Positions 1 through 9,988 of a stretch of 46,127 bases of DNA are shown in pieces. Source of the stretch: Bradymonadales bacterium (GTDB taxonomy: Bacteria; Bdellovibrionota; UBA2394). The position numbers and the translations under genes were made by a program. The notes below the pieces were generated by a model, which was not told the origin of the DNA, ran no database searches, and saw only the letters and a program-made list of their open reading frames with translations. Each line of letters begins with the position of its first letter. Position 1 is the stretch's first letter. Where the stretch lies: the NCBI GenBank assembly GCA_007693605.1, contig REDG01000028.1, positions 1 to 46,127 of the forward strand, in the 5' to 3' direction.

Positions 1-17
1 GCCGATCCCCCAAATCC

Positions 18-3000
18 CTAAGTGTTACCCCCTCCAGTCAAACGCCCGCAGTCCACATGGCTTAGCTCTGAACTCGGCAAGCCTTGGGCATCAGCATCAA
101 TCAGCTGTTGTACGCTAGGATCGGTCCAAATCAATGTGATGATTGGACTGCCACCAGATGCAGATACTCCTTGCCTTGCGGCCGATAAAACTTCGTCTAA
201 AGTGGGCTGTGGTCGGTCTCTAATCTCAGCACTCATAACTGGAGAACCGTCGATCGATTTCATCCTAAATCGAATCCACAAGCCATCTCTTTGATACTCA
301 AGAGTTCTGTGCCCACTAGAGCTCTGCCCAACCTTCCAGTGCCTCTCAACAAGACTTGACTCTGCAAGAGCGAGGGAAACATTGTCGCTATAGAGATCGA
401 TGGTCCTCCTTACCGAATCAGCAATGTCTGTAAGAGTTTCAGCAGAGAGTTGGAAGTGATAGATCGCATCTTCATAAAGTCTATTTGAATCTTCACTACC
501 GCTTGTTTCAGCAAACTGAATCTGTTTGAGGGCCCTGACAAGGTCATGTGAATAGGTTGAGAGCTCACTTAAACCAAGGCTGTCATAGGTATGCGACTCC
601 CATCCCAATGGGTCCGACATTCTCGCATTCAAGGTTTGATCTGATCGATCGGTTCCTAAACGAAAATCGTGAGCAAGAGCTATGTGTTGGAACTCATGCT
701 CAACCATCAAATCAATCCGACCTGTTTGAAAGCTCTGATGTGATATGTAAAGTGTCTCTCCATTGGTAGCTGCTGCAACCGCTGCTAGCATAAACGGGGA
801 ATAAACAAGTCGACCGTCGTAGCGATCTTGCAGCAAGCGAGCCAAGCCTCCAAGTTGGGTGTGTGAAGGAAGAATAATAACCTCGAAATCACCCTCTGTT
901 TCTTGAATCTCATATTGCTCGGCACTAAGCTCCAATCTCTTTTTTGTGACTTCTTGCATCGCCCACTTCAAATACTTGCTGGCTGCAGGGTCAGTAAGAT
1001 TGATGGCGTCTAGTTGATCAACAAGATTCGAATGTAAACGAGTTATATTACTCTCGAATGTAGACAATGACGCCGTGCCGATCCTTGAAACGATCGCCGC
1101 TTCAAAAATGTAACGATTCGTCGCGTCTAGTCTGAATGGGAAAGAGTTTTCGCCCGGTGATGAGCTGTCGCCCGTCAAGCTCAAAAATTTCTCTATTGCA
1201 CTTTCCACATTTGATCGCCCGTACATTACCACTAGAGCCTCAAAGATCTCTCTGTGTTGAGGGCTCTCATCTCCCGCAATGCCTTGATCTAAAACAAAGC
1301 GTGACAATGAGAGTGCTTGCTCTCGACTCAGTCCCGCATTTTCATAGCCTTCCATAAGAATTCTTGATTTGCGAATATTCTGCCCACGCGGGTAGGTACC
1401 ATCCCAATTCTGTCTTCCCCTTCCCTGCACATGAGCTTGCAGGGTCGTTTTCAGCACAAGTCGCAACTGATCTTCAGTCAGTTTGATGCCTGATTCTGCC
1501 ACGAATCGCTCGACACGAAGCAGAGAATCGGCTTCTGTCTTTCTTTGTTCGGGGCTTACAGCAAGATCGGGATGATCTTGATAAAATGTCTTTACTGTGT
1601 TTTCTGCTCTTGCCTGAGACTTGAGTCGAGCCATGACCGGGCCTAAAGAAGGATCTGTGACATCATAGACGCCAACAGCAAACTGAATCGCCAAACCGAT
1701 CAGCTCTTGAGTGTCCATCTCTTCGCCAGATGACAATCTCGAAAAGGCCGAAGAAAGCTCTGCTAAAGTCTCCAGAATATCCTGCTGAGCCTGAGCAATA
1801 TTGATTGATCTTGCGACATTTCGAGCAGTCGTCGCCGAGTGCCCACTTCTCATGATTCGAGCACTCATCACAGTTGTGGTGCCCATAAACAACATGCTGC
1901 CTGCAGCGCCTCGAACTGTATTCTCTGCTAGGCGTTCCCAATTGAAGTCTTCATCGGTAGTTCTCAGTTCTACTGCCACTCCACCCGCAAGTGACATTCC
2001 CCCAGCAACCCGCAGCGAGCGACTCGCCATGGCTACACGCGACATGGCACTTGCACCGCCGGTTTTAGCCATGATTGCCAGACTTAAAGCGCCAAGCCCA
2101 AGATCAAAAGCGCCCTCGGTGTAACGAGCAAACCCACCAGCACGCTTGTGAGCTGAGTATTCGATATCGCTTAGCCCCATGAGTCTTCGCTGAGTTTCCG
2201 AGAATGCTGCCGCAGGCACCTCGAGCGCCAGATTCAGCACCTCACCCACCGGGTTAAGTGGATTGCTCCAAAGGGCCAGCCTCGGCAGGGACGCGGAGGC
2301 CATGTCATCTGTTGAGCCGTAAATGGAGCTGTAATGCGGCTGATCTAACTGTGACGCCAGAAACCCTCGAAGGGGACTGACTCGATTGAGAACTCCAGAA
2401 ATCGTCCCTTCATTGGCAGCGCGCTGATTCGCTCGGATGAATTGAACACCAACATCTGATCCGGCCTCCCAACCTCCACCAAATGCAGCTCCTACCACTC
2501 CCCCACCATAGTACAGAGCATTGCCCACGGTGAGATTCGCTAGACTCTCAATGAGAGCTTCTTCAGATCTCAAAATGGTACTGACAGCGCGCTGCCAAAA
2601 GGAAGGCGGCTCGACATCGGGTGCGAGAGCTTTCTCTAACTCTACCCGCTGTTCGGTGCCTAAACTTGCAAGTCGACTCCCCCCAAGCAAGTCCAGAAAT
2701 TGCCATGCTTCTTTGCTCTCTAACATCCCATGGTCTTTGAACAATTCAATAAGACTTTGATAGCCTCGCCTCTCCTGCAAAGACCGAGTGCCTCGCCCGC
2801 TCATCCCCATACTACCCGTGTTGCCAACCCCCACTCGCCGAGAGGCATCTTGGAGACCACGAGCACGATCTCTTTGGTAGGCTTCAACAGCCTCGATCGC
2901 TCTTCCGATAGCCGCCATCCACTCATCGTTTGTCGCTCGGGTGGGCCGACTAGACATCTTTCTCACCAATTCAACAAGCAAGTCTTCGTGCCCGTGATCG

Positions 3001-4190
3001 AAATCAAAAGCTTCAAAGACAGTTCTTAGCCGTGCCTCCAAATTTTCGCGTTCTTGCTCGCCACGATGATCTCCCCCCTTCTGTCTCACCTCTCTCAAGG
3101 GTTCATAAAATTTATCTAGATCCACATGCTCTGGAAAGTCCCTTGCCAAGACCTCCAAGCGTTGATCGAGTCTTGAGATCTCATCCGAATATTTAGAGGC
3201 CTTGGCTCGGTCAGCCGGGTTAGGAGCGGCCCTTATCCAACCAAGTGCGTATCTTGCTGCATAGGACTCCTGAAAAATCTCTTTCAATTCCATCGCCACG
3301 AGAGTCGCTTCCAGCTCATCGGCATCGAAGTAGTCGTGTAATTCGCTTCTCTCGAAGCGATCGCGCGTCAACGGCTCCTTACTCAATCGCCAGCGCACCA
3401 AAGCCCTCTCTCGTTCAGCGTCGCGCCGAATTCGATCGATATTGATTCCCCCGAAGCTTGTGTTGAGCTGCTCCAGCCGATCGAAAGAATGGTCAATTCT
3501 TTGCATCACCCGAGTTCTTTCAGACTCAAGTCTCGCTCGCTCTCGTTCAGCCTCTTTCTCATCCTCTCGGTCGGTAAAACTTCGATGACGCAGACGACCA
3601 TCACTCCCCCGTTCCCATCGCAGCGCGTGCCACTCAGAGTGAAGAACTTGACTCTCGGCGGTGTCAGACAAGATCGACTCAATCAACGGTTCAGCTTGCA
3701 AATAGGCATAAAGTGCATTCAACTCGGATTCGCCAATCATTCCGCCAAAGGCCGATTCTTGGAGCGCCCTTTGCAGCTCAACCGGGCTTTCGGCTCGCTG
3801 GCCCTCTAACCACTCGATTAGGCTCGCTTGCAAAAGCTCTCGAGCTTGAGTCCAAAGAGCCGCCACTTCTTCCAAACTGAATCCACGCTGAATCCAATAA
3901 GAAAAGTGTTGGTAGACCCTTTCGTCTTCAATTGGACCGTCAAAGAAGGCTTGACCTTGCCGGGCGAAGTCAATTGCCACTTCCATCGAGCTGTCAGCTA
4001 ACTCCAGATACTCTTGAAGCGCTCGAGAATTTGTTTGCTTGGAATCAACCGCCTCGGTGTCACTCCGAAAAGCAGAAAAAACAGAGAGAAGTGAATGCTT
4101 GTCGGCGGGCGGGCAAACGGCTGCGCTCCCAAGACTCGCACCAAGCGGAAGAAAAAAGGTAGCCAGTAAAAGTGCTAAAAGCTTTCTCAC
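18..4190 (-). CDS. Large secreted orphan protein (1390 aa) with C-terminal HExxH motif; polymorphic-toxin/effector-like layout
   Basis: GTG start with GGAGG RBS; signal peptide MRKLLALLLATFFLPLGASLGSA; helical/coiled N-half; Gly/Ala-rich hydrophobic middle; HEFQH at 684-698. Confidence 0.75.
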   Translation of the reverse strand: MRKLLALLLATFFLPLGASLGSAAVCPPADKHSLLSVFSAFRSDTEAVDSKQTNSRALQEYLELADSSMEVAIDFARQGQAFFDGPIEDERVYQHFSYWIQRGFSLEEVAALWTQARELLQASLIEWLEGQRAESPVELQRALQESAFGGMIGESELNALYAYLQAEPLIESILSDTAESQVLHSEWHALRWERGSDGRLRHRSFTDREDEKEAERERARLESERTRVMQRIDHSFDRLEQLNTSFGGINIDRIRRDAERERALVRWRLSKEPLTRDRFERSELHDYFDADELEATLVAMELKEIFQESYAARYALGWIRAAPNPADRAKASKYSDEISRLDQRLEVLARDFPEHVDLDKFYEPLREVRQKGGDHRGEQERENLEARLRTVFEAFDFDHGHEDLLVELVRKMSSRPTRATNDEWMAAIGRAIEAVEAYQRDRARGLQDASRRVGVGNTGSMGMSGRGTRSLQERRGYQSLIELFKDHGMLESKEAWQFLDLLGGSRLASLGTEQRVELEKALAPDVEPPSFWQRAVSTILRSEEALIESLANLTVGNALYYGGGVVGAAFGGGWEAGSDVGVQFIRANQRAANEGTISGVLNRVSPLRGFLASQLDQPHYSSIYGSTDDMASASLPRLALWSNPLNPVGEVLNLALEVPAAAFSETQRRLMGLSDIEYSAHKRAGGFARYTEGAFDLGLGALSLAIMAKTGGASAMSRVAMASRSLRVAGGMSLAGGVAVELRTTDEDFNWERLAENTVRGAAGSMLFMGTTTVMSARIMRSGHSATTARNVARSINIAQAQQDILETLAELSSAFSRLSSGEEMDTQELIGLAIQFAVGVYDVTDPSLGPVMARLKSQARAENTVKTFYQDHPDLAVSPEQRKTEADSLLRVERFVAESGIKLTEDQLRLVLKTTLQAHVQGRGRQNWDGTYPRGQNIRKSRILMEGYENAGLSREQALSLSRFVLDQGIAGDESPQHREIFEALVVMYGRSNVESAIEKFLSLTGDSSSPGENSFPFRLDATNRYIFEAAIVSRIGTASLSTFESNITRLHSNLVDQLDAINLTDPAASKYLKWAMQEVTKKRLELSAEQYEIQETEGDFEVIILPSHTQLGGLARLLQDRYDGRLVYSPFMLAAVAAATNGETLYISHQSFQTGRIDLMVEHEFQHIALAHDFRLGTDRSDQTLNARMSDPLGWESHTYDSLGLSELSTYSHDLVRALKQIQFAETSGSEDSNRLYEDAIYHFQLSAETLTDIADSVRRTIDLYSDNVSLALAESSLVERHWKVGQSSSGHRTLEYQRDGLWIRFRMKSIDGSPVMSAEIRDRPQPTLDEVLSAARQGVSASGGSPIITLIWTDPSVQQLIDADAQGLPSSELSHVDCGRLTGGGNT

Positions 4191-4318
4191 TAAAATCCTC
4201 CAGAAAAATGAGCCTCAGGCCCCTAAAGAAACCAGAGGCGACTCCTCCTTAAACCTCTTCGGTCCGTGCAAACTGAGGCACCTCTTGCTCACTTGAGCTC
4301 CTGTGGGGACTAAAATGG

Positions 4319-4334
4319 AGCAAAGCTCATGCCA
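4319..4334 (-). promoter_or_regulatory. Putative sigma54 (-24/-12) promoter for the 1390-aa gene
   Basis: Minus strand TGGCATG-AGCT-TTGCT matches TGGCACG-N4-TTGCW with correct spacing. Confidence 0.65.
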
Positions 4335-4541
4335 TCCAGCCAGCTTAAAAGGAGCTGTAATTTCAAGCACAACTAGCTCTCAAACTGTTCGCTATGCAAA
4401 GAGTTTAGACTCTTGAACCACTAAATCCGATTTGATTCTTTTTCTAACCGTTGAAGACATGCCTGACAGGGGGAGGGCCTTGGAGGAGAAATGCTCTCGA
4501 CACCCGGCGAGACGAACTTGGCGCTATCAGCACAAAGCCTC

Positions 4542-5924
4542 CTAAAGCTTGGGGATTCCGCTGGGGTAGTCTTTGCTAAAGCAGGCGTGACAAACTGAAG
4601 CCCCTTGAGTCAGTTGCCTGAGATCCTCTAGAGACAAATACTCCAGGCTGTCGGCAAAAATAAAATCCCGAATCTCTTCAATCGACTTTTTCGAAGCAAT
4701 GAGTTCGTTCTCGGTGGGAGTATCAATGCCATAATAACAAGGCGAAATGGTGGGCGGAGCGGCGATTCTCAAGTGAATCTCTCTAGCTCCAGCCTCTCGC
4801 AGAAGCATATTGATTTTGCGAGAAGTGGTGCCTCGAACAATGCTGTCATCCACGACGACGATTCGCTTTCCCTCAAGGCTTTTGGGAAGTGGGTTCTGTT
4901 TGATTTTCACTCGAAAGTCTCGGATGCTCTGATGCGGCTCAATAAAGGTTCGACCAATATAGTGATTCCGAATGAGGCCCATCTCAAAGGGCAATCCACT
5001 TTGTTGAGAATAGCCAATGGCCGCCGGAATTCCTGAATCAGGCACCCCCATGACTAAGTCGGCCCGAAGGGAGGCCCTCTGATCTCTCTCTGCCAAGAGA
5101 GCGCCGGTTTGTTTGCGAAACTCATAAACGGAACGGCCGAAGCTGTTGGAGTCGGGCCTCGAAAAGTAAATCCACTCGAACACACAAGGAGCTGTTCGTG
5201 GGGCTTTCGAGTTTAACTTCCATCGATCGACGCCCTTGCTATGAAACTCATAGACCTCGCCGGCCTCAAGCTCCGCCTCCCACGAAGCCCCAACCAGATC
5301 AAAGGCGCAAGACTCGCTGCCGATGGCATAACCCTCTTGAAGACGACCGACACAAAGAGGACGAAAGCCGAAGGGATCTTTGATGGCCGCCAATCTCAAC
5401 TCCTTCGAATCACGATACAAAATCAAAAGACTGAAAGCACCCGCCACTCGCGACAGAGTCGCATCGATTCTCTCTCGAAAACTTCCCTTCGTTCTCGCAA
5501 ACAGATGAAGAATCACTTCAGTGTCGACCGAACTCTGAAAAACACTGCCCTGAGACTCTAGCTCCAATCGCAGCTCCTGCGCGTTGGTGAGCGTTCCGTT
5601 GTGAGCGACCGCCAACTCTCCCCACTCGCCTTGAACCCAAAGGGGCTGAAGATTTTTGTCGGCCTGATTGCCAACGGTTGAGTAACGAACATGCCCGATG
5701 GCTGTCTCCCCCTGCAGTTGATTCAGGGCCTCTCGATCAAAGACCTGCGAAACTAAGCCCGAGCTCCTGCGCCCCCAAAAACTTTCGTGAGTTCCACTGA
5801 CGATACCCGCCCCCTCTTGCCCTCGATGCTGTAAAGCAAACAGACCCAAGTAATTTAAATGCGCTGCTTCTGGAACCTTCCAGATTCCAAAAACCCCGCA
5901 GTTTTCTCTCCAAGAACTCTTCAA
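4542..5924 (-). CDS. purF: Amidophosphoribosyltransferase (propeptide, Fe-S type)
   Basis: ENCGVFG, LQHRGQE, GHVRYST, VDDSIVRGTT, CVFE, CYYGID, CHAC. Confidence 0.97.
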   Translation of the reverse strand: MKSSWRENCGVFGIWKVPEAAHLNYLGLFALQHRGQEGAGIVSGTHESFWGRRSSGLVSQVFDREALNQLQGETAIGHVRYSTVGNQADKNLQPLWVQGEWGELAVAHNGTLTNAQELRLELESQGSVFQSSVDTEVILHLFARTKGSFRERIDATLSRVAGAFSLLILYRDSKELRLAAIKDPFGFRPLCVGRLQEGYAIGSESCAFDLVGASWEAELEAGEVYEFHSKGVDRWKLNSKAPRTAPCVFEWIYFSRPDSNSFGRSVYEFRKQTGALLAERDQRASLRADLVMGVPDSGIPAAIGYSQQSGLPFEMGLIRNHYIGRTFIEPHQSIRDFRVKIKQNPLPKSLEGKRIVVVDDSIVRGTTSRKINMLLREAGAREIHLRIAAPPTISPCYYGIDTPTENELIASKKSIEEIRDFIFADSLEYLSLEDLRQLTQGASVCHACFSKDYPSGIPKL

Positions 5925-5961
5925 TTGATCTAACCTCTCTCTTTGGGGTGAATGGGAATTT

Positions 5962-8199
5962 TTAAACAGGAAAGCAGGACTCCCAGGCCGCTTTCAACTC
6001 TTCCACAGGACCTTGGCACAAGGGCCGTAAACGAAAGACTCCGGTGTCGGTGAGTTTTCCGAGTCGCCAAGAATGCAGCTGATATTCCCGACTCAGCTTT
6101 AAAAATGAAGCTCGCTGCTCTGGTCGAATCTCTACCACAACTCTGCCGGAAAACTCTCCAAACAAAAGAAGGTCTCTCCTCTTCTGGCTAGTCGACCAAT
6201 CCCCATCAAAGCCGAAGGGCTTTTCGCCGGAAACACAAGCCTCTGCCAAGGCCACGGCCAAACCGCCGTCAGCCACATCCCGAACAGAAACGAAGAGCTC
6301 GTCCTCATGAGCTTTAATCAAAGCCTCCACCAAAGACTTTTCCGCTTGCCAATCCACCTCTGGCCAATCCCCTCTCCACTGATGCTCGGGCCAAAACCGA
6401 CGAGCATAGAGACTCCCAAAGGGCATCTCTAAGTTGGGAGGCTTCGCTTCAAGAAGCCAGACATCATTTCCGCTCTCTTGAAAGCTCTTGGGCCGACACT
6501 TTCGCACATCTTCAATCTCTCCGAGCATCACAATAAAGACCGTCGGAAAGATATCGACGCTTCCGGCCTCACTCTTGGTTTGATTGAAGAGAGAGACATT
6601 TCCAGACACACAAGGGGCGTTGAAGGCCTTCATTCCTTCATTCATGGCTTCGATGATGGCCTCAAACTGCGAGAGCACTTTAGGATTGTTGGGGTTGCCC
6701 AGATTCACTCCATCGGTCAACCCAATCGGTCTGGCCCCCACGCAAGCCAGAGAACGAGCACACTCCGTGATGGCCAACTGCGCTGCCAGAAAAGGATTCC
6801 ATTCGGCCACCACTTCATCCCAAGCGCCCTTAAAAGCCGCCCCCGCGAAGTCCAAGTTTTTTTGAGGAAGCCAGAGAACCCCCGCCTCTCCCCCGGGGCC
6901 TTGAACGCTGGCCGCGCCGACCGTCGAATCGTATTGTCGAAAGAGACCTCGTTTTGAAGCGATGCCTGGAAGGGCTAGAAGATACTTCAGAACCTGCCAC
7001 TCTTCACGAACATCTTGTATCTCAGCCTTCTGGGCCGGTCGCTCAACCTCAAACTTCTGAACTTCGAGAGCCAGCTTTGGAGGTTCCATCACCTGACTCA
7101 CCGGAAGGTTCACCAAGGGCTCTCCCTGAAAGCTCATTTTTAGAGTGGGCTCGGCCGTCGTTTCGCCAATACACTCGGCCACACAACCCCATTTGTGAAG
7201 AATGCGCCGAAACTTTTCTTCTTGCCCATCTTGAACCACCGCCAACATTCTTTCTTGAGACTCCGAAAGCAACAGCTCAAAGGCCTGCATCCCTTCTTCA
7301 CGAACCGGAACTTTATCCAGGTCGATCTTCATCCCCAGTCGAGACTTATCTGCAATTTCCATCGTGGAGCATGTCAGCCCCGCCGCTCCCATATCTTGAA
7401 TGGCCAGGAGTTCGTCTGACAGCTCCGACATGCACTCTAAACAAGCTTCCATCAAAAGCTTTTCTCGAAAAGGATCTCCCACTTGAACTCGAATTTTTTG
7501 CTCCCTGTCTTGCCCACTCTCTGCTTCGAATTCGGCAGAAGCCAACAAACTCGCTCCATGAATACCATCTCGCCCCGTAGGCGCCCCCCAAATCATGACC
7601 TTTGCCCCAGGCTTTGCCGAATTTGAGCGAAAGAGTTTCGAACGGTCTAAAACCCCCAAGGCAAAGACATTCACCAGAATATTATGGTCGTAGCAGGGGT
7701 CCGTTTGCACTTGCCCTCCCAGCATCGGAATGCCCATACAGTTTCCATAGTGCGAAATTCCTGAGACCACCCCATCGAGGAGTCTTTGCTGATTTTTCAA
7801 TCGCAAGTTGCCAAAACGAAGATAGTTTGCCAGCGCGACGGGTCGCGCCCCCATCGTAAAAATGTCTCGCAGAATTCCGCCCACGCCGGTGGCCGCGCCT
7901 TGAAAGGGCTCCACAAAACTGGGATGATTGTGACTTTCAATCTTAAACGCCAAGGCTTGGTCTTCTCCCCAAGCCACCAGGCCCGCGTTTTCACCTGGGC
8001 CCTGAAGCACTTGATCTCCAGCACTATGCAATCGCTTCAATAAAAACTTTGAAGACTTATAGCTACAATGCTCACTCCACATCACCGCAATCATTTGAAG
8101 CTCCTCAAACGAAGGCAGCCTCTCTAACTGGCTCTTGAGGTACTCCCACTCTTCTTCAGAAAGTCCAAGCGACAGAGCCAATTTCAAATCGGTATTCAT
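5962..8199 (-). CDS. purL: FGAM synthase small-type PurL
   Basis: MWSEHCSYKSS, KIESHNHPS, GAATGVGGILRD, DMGAAGL, LSESQERM. Confidence 0.97.
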   Translation of the reverse strand: MNTDLKLALSLGLSEEEWEYLKSQLERLPSFEELQMIAVMWSEHCSYKSSKFLLKRLHSAGDQVLQGPGENAGLVAWGEDQALAFKIESHNHPSFVEPFQGAATGVGGILRDIFTMGARPVALANYLRFGNLRLKNQQRLLDGVVSGISHYGNCMGIPMLGGQVQTDPCYDHNILVNVFALGVLDRSKLFRSNSAKPGAKVMIWGAPTGRDGIHGASLLASAEFEAESGQDREQKIRVQVGDPFREKLLMEACLECMSELSDELLAIQDMGAAGLTCSTMEIADKSRLGMKIDLDKVPVREEGMQAFELLLSESQERMLAVVQDGQEEKFRRILHKWGCVAECIGETTAEPTLKMSFQGEPLVNLPVSQVMEPPKLALEVQKFEVERPAQKAEIQDVREEWQVLKYLLALPGIASKRGLFRQYDSTVGAASVQGPGGEAGVLWLPQKNLDFAGAAFKGAWDEVVAEWNPFLAAQLAITECARSLACVGARPIGLTDGVNLGNPNNPKVLSQFEAIIEAMNEGMKAFNAPCVSGNVSLFNQTKSEAGSVDIFPTVFIVMLGEIEDVRKCRPKSFQESGNDVWLLEAKPPNLEMPFGSLYARRFWPEHQWRGDWPEVDWQAEKSLVEALIKAHEDELFVSVRDVADGGLAVALAEACVSGEKPFGFDGDWSTSQKRRDLLLFGEFSGRVVVEIRPEQRASFLKLSREYQLHSWRLGKLTDTGVFRLRPLCQGPVEELKAAWESCFPV

Positions 8200-8873
8200 G
8201 AAGTCCCTCTCTCAGAAAGAAACTCAAAAGCATTGTCAAAAAACAACCGACCATCATTTGCTCCAAGCGCTTCAAATGCGGCTCGTTCGGGATGCGGCAT
8301 CATGGCAAAAACGCTGCCGCGACCAATCGAGCGATAGACGCCCGCAATTTGATCGACCGAGGAGTTCAAGTCTACTTCATAAGTCAGGGCGGCGACCAAC
8401 TCGGAGCGATCCACTCGTGACACTTGATAGTTTCCAAACCGATGCGCCACCGGAAGCTTGAGCCTCTTTCCACAGTCCTCTTTTCGAATCCAAGGCTCAA
8501 CGGCATGATTAAGGTGACAATCCACCATGTCAGAGATGAATTTTAGAGAAGAGTTGACCTGTAAGAAGCCAGGAATCAAGCGCGCCTCCAAGAGAATCTG
8601 AAATCCGTTGCAAATTCCCATGACATGACAACCCTCAGAAATCACTTCGTGAAGATTCTTCAGGGCCGGAGCATGCTTCGCAATGGCTCCTGCTCGAAGA
8701 TAGTCGCCGTAGCTAAAACCACCGGGCAAAATCAACAACTCATAGTCTCCGACTTGAATCGGATCTTCATGCCAGTGTTCAACCAACTTCACCGGATAGG
8801 CCGAAAGTGCTTTGAGAGCGTCCCCTTCCCCATTCGATCCCGGAAATTTCAAGACGGCCCAACGGGACTTCAC
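8196..8873 (-). CDS. purQ: FGAM synthase glutaminase subunit
   Basis: FPGSN, PGGFSYGDYLRAG, GICNGFQ, MMPHPER. Confidence 0.96.
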   Translation of the reverse strand: MKSRWAVLKFPGSNGEGDALKALSAYPVKLVEHWHEDPIQVGDYELLILPGGFSYGDYLRAGAIAKHAPALKNLHEVISEGCHVMGICNGFQILLEARLIPGFLQVNSSLKFISDMVDCHLNHAVEPWIRKEDCGKRLKLPVAHRFGNYQVSRVDRSELVAALTYEVDLNSSVDQIAGVYRSIGRGSVFAMMPHPERAAFEALGANDGRLFFDNAFEFLSERGTS

Positions 8874-9124
8874 GAAGCTACTTCCTCGACTTCAAAGCTT
8901 TCCATCACCGGATTGCTGAGAAGATCTTGAGCCAATCGCCGCACCACTTGATTGGCCTCAGCGCTTGACGGAGCTTCCAGTTCGAGAAGAAAGCTCTTCT
9001 CACAAGTGAGGGTCTTTACTTGCGAGAACTCTAAATGCTGAATCTTTTGGAAAATAACCTCGGCTTGGGGGTCTAAGATCCCGTCTTTGAACTGCACTCT
9101 TACTCGAAACTTAAAGTTCTTCAT
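8870..9124 (-). CDS. purS: FGAM synthase subunit PurS
   Basis: KDGILDPQ and LLSNPVME; 84 aa; between purC and purQ. Confidence 0.93.
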   Translation of the reverse strand: MKNFKFRVRVQFKDGILDPQAEVIFQKIQHLEFSQVKTLTCEKSFLLELEAPSSAEANQVVRRLAQDLLSNPVMESFEVEEVAS

Positions 9125-9828
9125 GATCCTCCCAAGCCCAATCGGGTTGCCAATTTTTGGTAGCCCTCAATTAAATCCCCTTTTTCAAATCGAAAGCGAT
9201 CTTTGTCGAGAGACTCCCCTGTCTCCACATCCCAAAATCGACAAGTGTCTGGGGAAATCTCATCTCCCAACAAAATGCTGCCATCAGGACTTCGACCAAA
9301 CTCAAGTTTCAAGTCAATCAAGTCCACCCCCTTGGTTTGAACGAAAAAGCCAAGAATCTCATTCACCTTCAAGGCAAAGCTTCTGAGCTCCAAAAGCTCT
9401 TTCTTGTCATAATGAAACAGGGAGACCAGCAAATCTTCTTCGACCTTGGGATCGTTTTGGGCATCGTTCTTCAAAAAGTACTCAACAACCGGAGGCTCAA
9501 GACTCTTTTTGTCCTCCGCTGGAAATCTTTTGGAGAGTGAGCCGGCCACCCGATTACGAACCACCACTTCGAGGGGAATCATCTTGAGTTCGAGAGTGAT
9601 CAGAGAGTCTGGTGGATCAAAAGAGACAAAGTGGGTGGGTAAGGCCTCTTTCTCGAGTAGCTCAAAAAAAAGCGCACAGAATCGAGCGTTCAGAGCGGCC
9701 TTTCCGACCACGGTCGCTTTCTTTTCACCATTAAAGGCGGTCGCAATGTCCTTAAAGCGCTGCCGAACCAAGCCCTCCCCCTCGCGATAGATCTTTTTGG
9801 CTTTGCCCTCGTAAAGAAGGTCTTGCAT
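9121..9828 (-). CDS. purC: SAICAR synthetase (likely start ATG 9828)
   Basis: LYEGKAK, PLEVVVRN, DLKLEFG, DEISPDTCRFWD, DKDRFR. Confidence 0.96.
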   Translation of the reverse strand: MQDLLYEGKAKKIYREGEGLVRQRFKDIATAFNGEKKATVVGKAALNARFCALFFELLEKEALPTHFVSFDPPDSLITLELKMIPLEVVVRNRVAGSLSKRFPAEDKKSLEPPVVEYFLKNDAQNDPKVEEDLLVSLFHYDKKELLELRSFALKVNEILGFFVQTKGVDLIDLKLEFGRSPDGSILLGDEISPDTCRFWDVETGESLDKDRFRFEKGDLIEGYQKLATRLGLGGS

Positions 9829-9907
9829 ACGGCCAGCTAAGCACTTTTTCAAAATGTCGGCCAAGCCTTGATTCAAATTCGATTCTGCAGGACCTAAAGC
9901 CCCCGGA

Positions 9908-9931
9908 CAGGTGGGCCCTTAGCGCCAGTCC
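9908..9931 (+). repeat. Dispersed REP/MITE-like repeat end, copy 1
   Basis: CAGGTGGGCCCTTAGCGCCAGTCC, 23/24 identical to 28571-28594. Confidence 0.75.
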
Positions 9932-9988
9932 GGCGGCTGCCTTTAACTTGCGAGCCCAAGCCAAACAAGGCTAGATTGCCCGCTAGGG

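Noticed and set aside
4200..4310. Riboswitch in the leader of the 1390-aa gene
   Set aside because: Some pairing (GCCTCAG/CTGAGGC, GAGG/CCTC) but no recognisable aptamer consensus; an Rfam scan would settle it
4463..4474. 12-bp match (TCCCCCTGTCAG) to 12827-12838 in inverted orientation
   Set aside because: Too short and the flanks do not align; cannot support element ends
4542..9828. Split PurS/PurQ/small PurL as evidence of horizontal transfer
   Set aside because: This arrangement is widespread outside gamma- and betaproteobacteria
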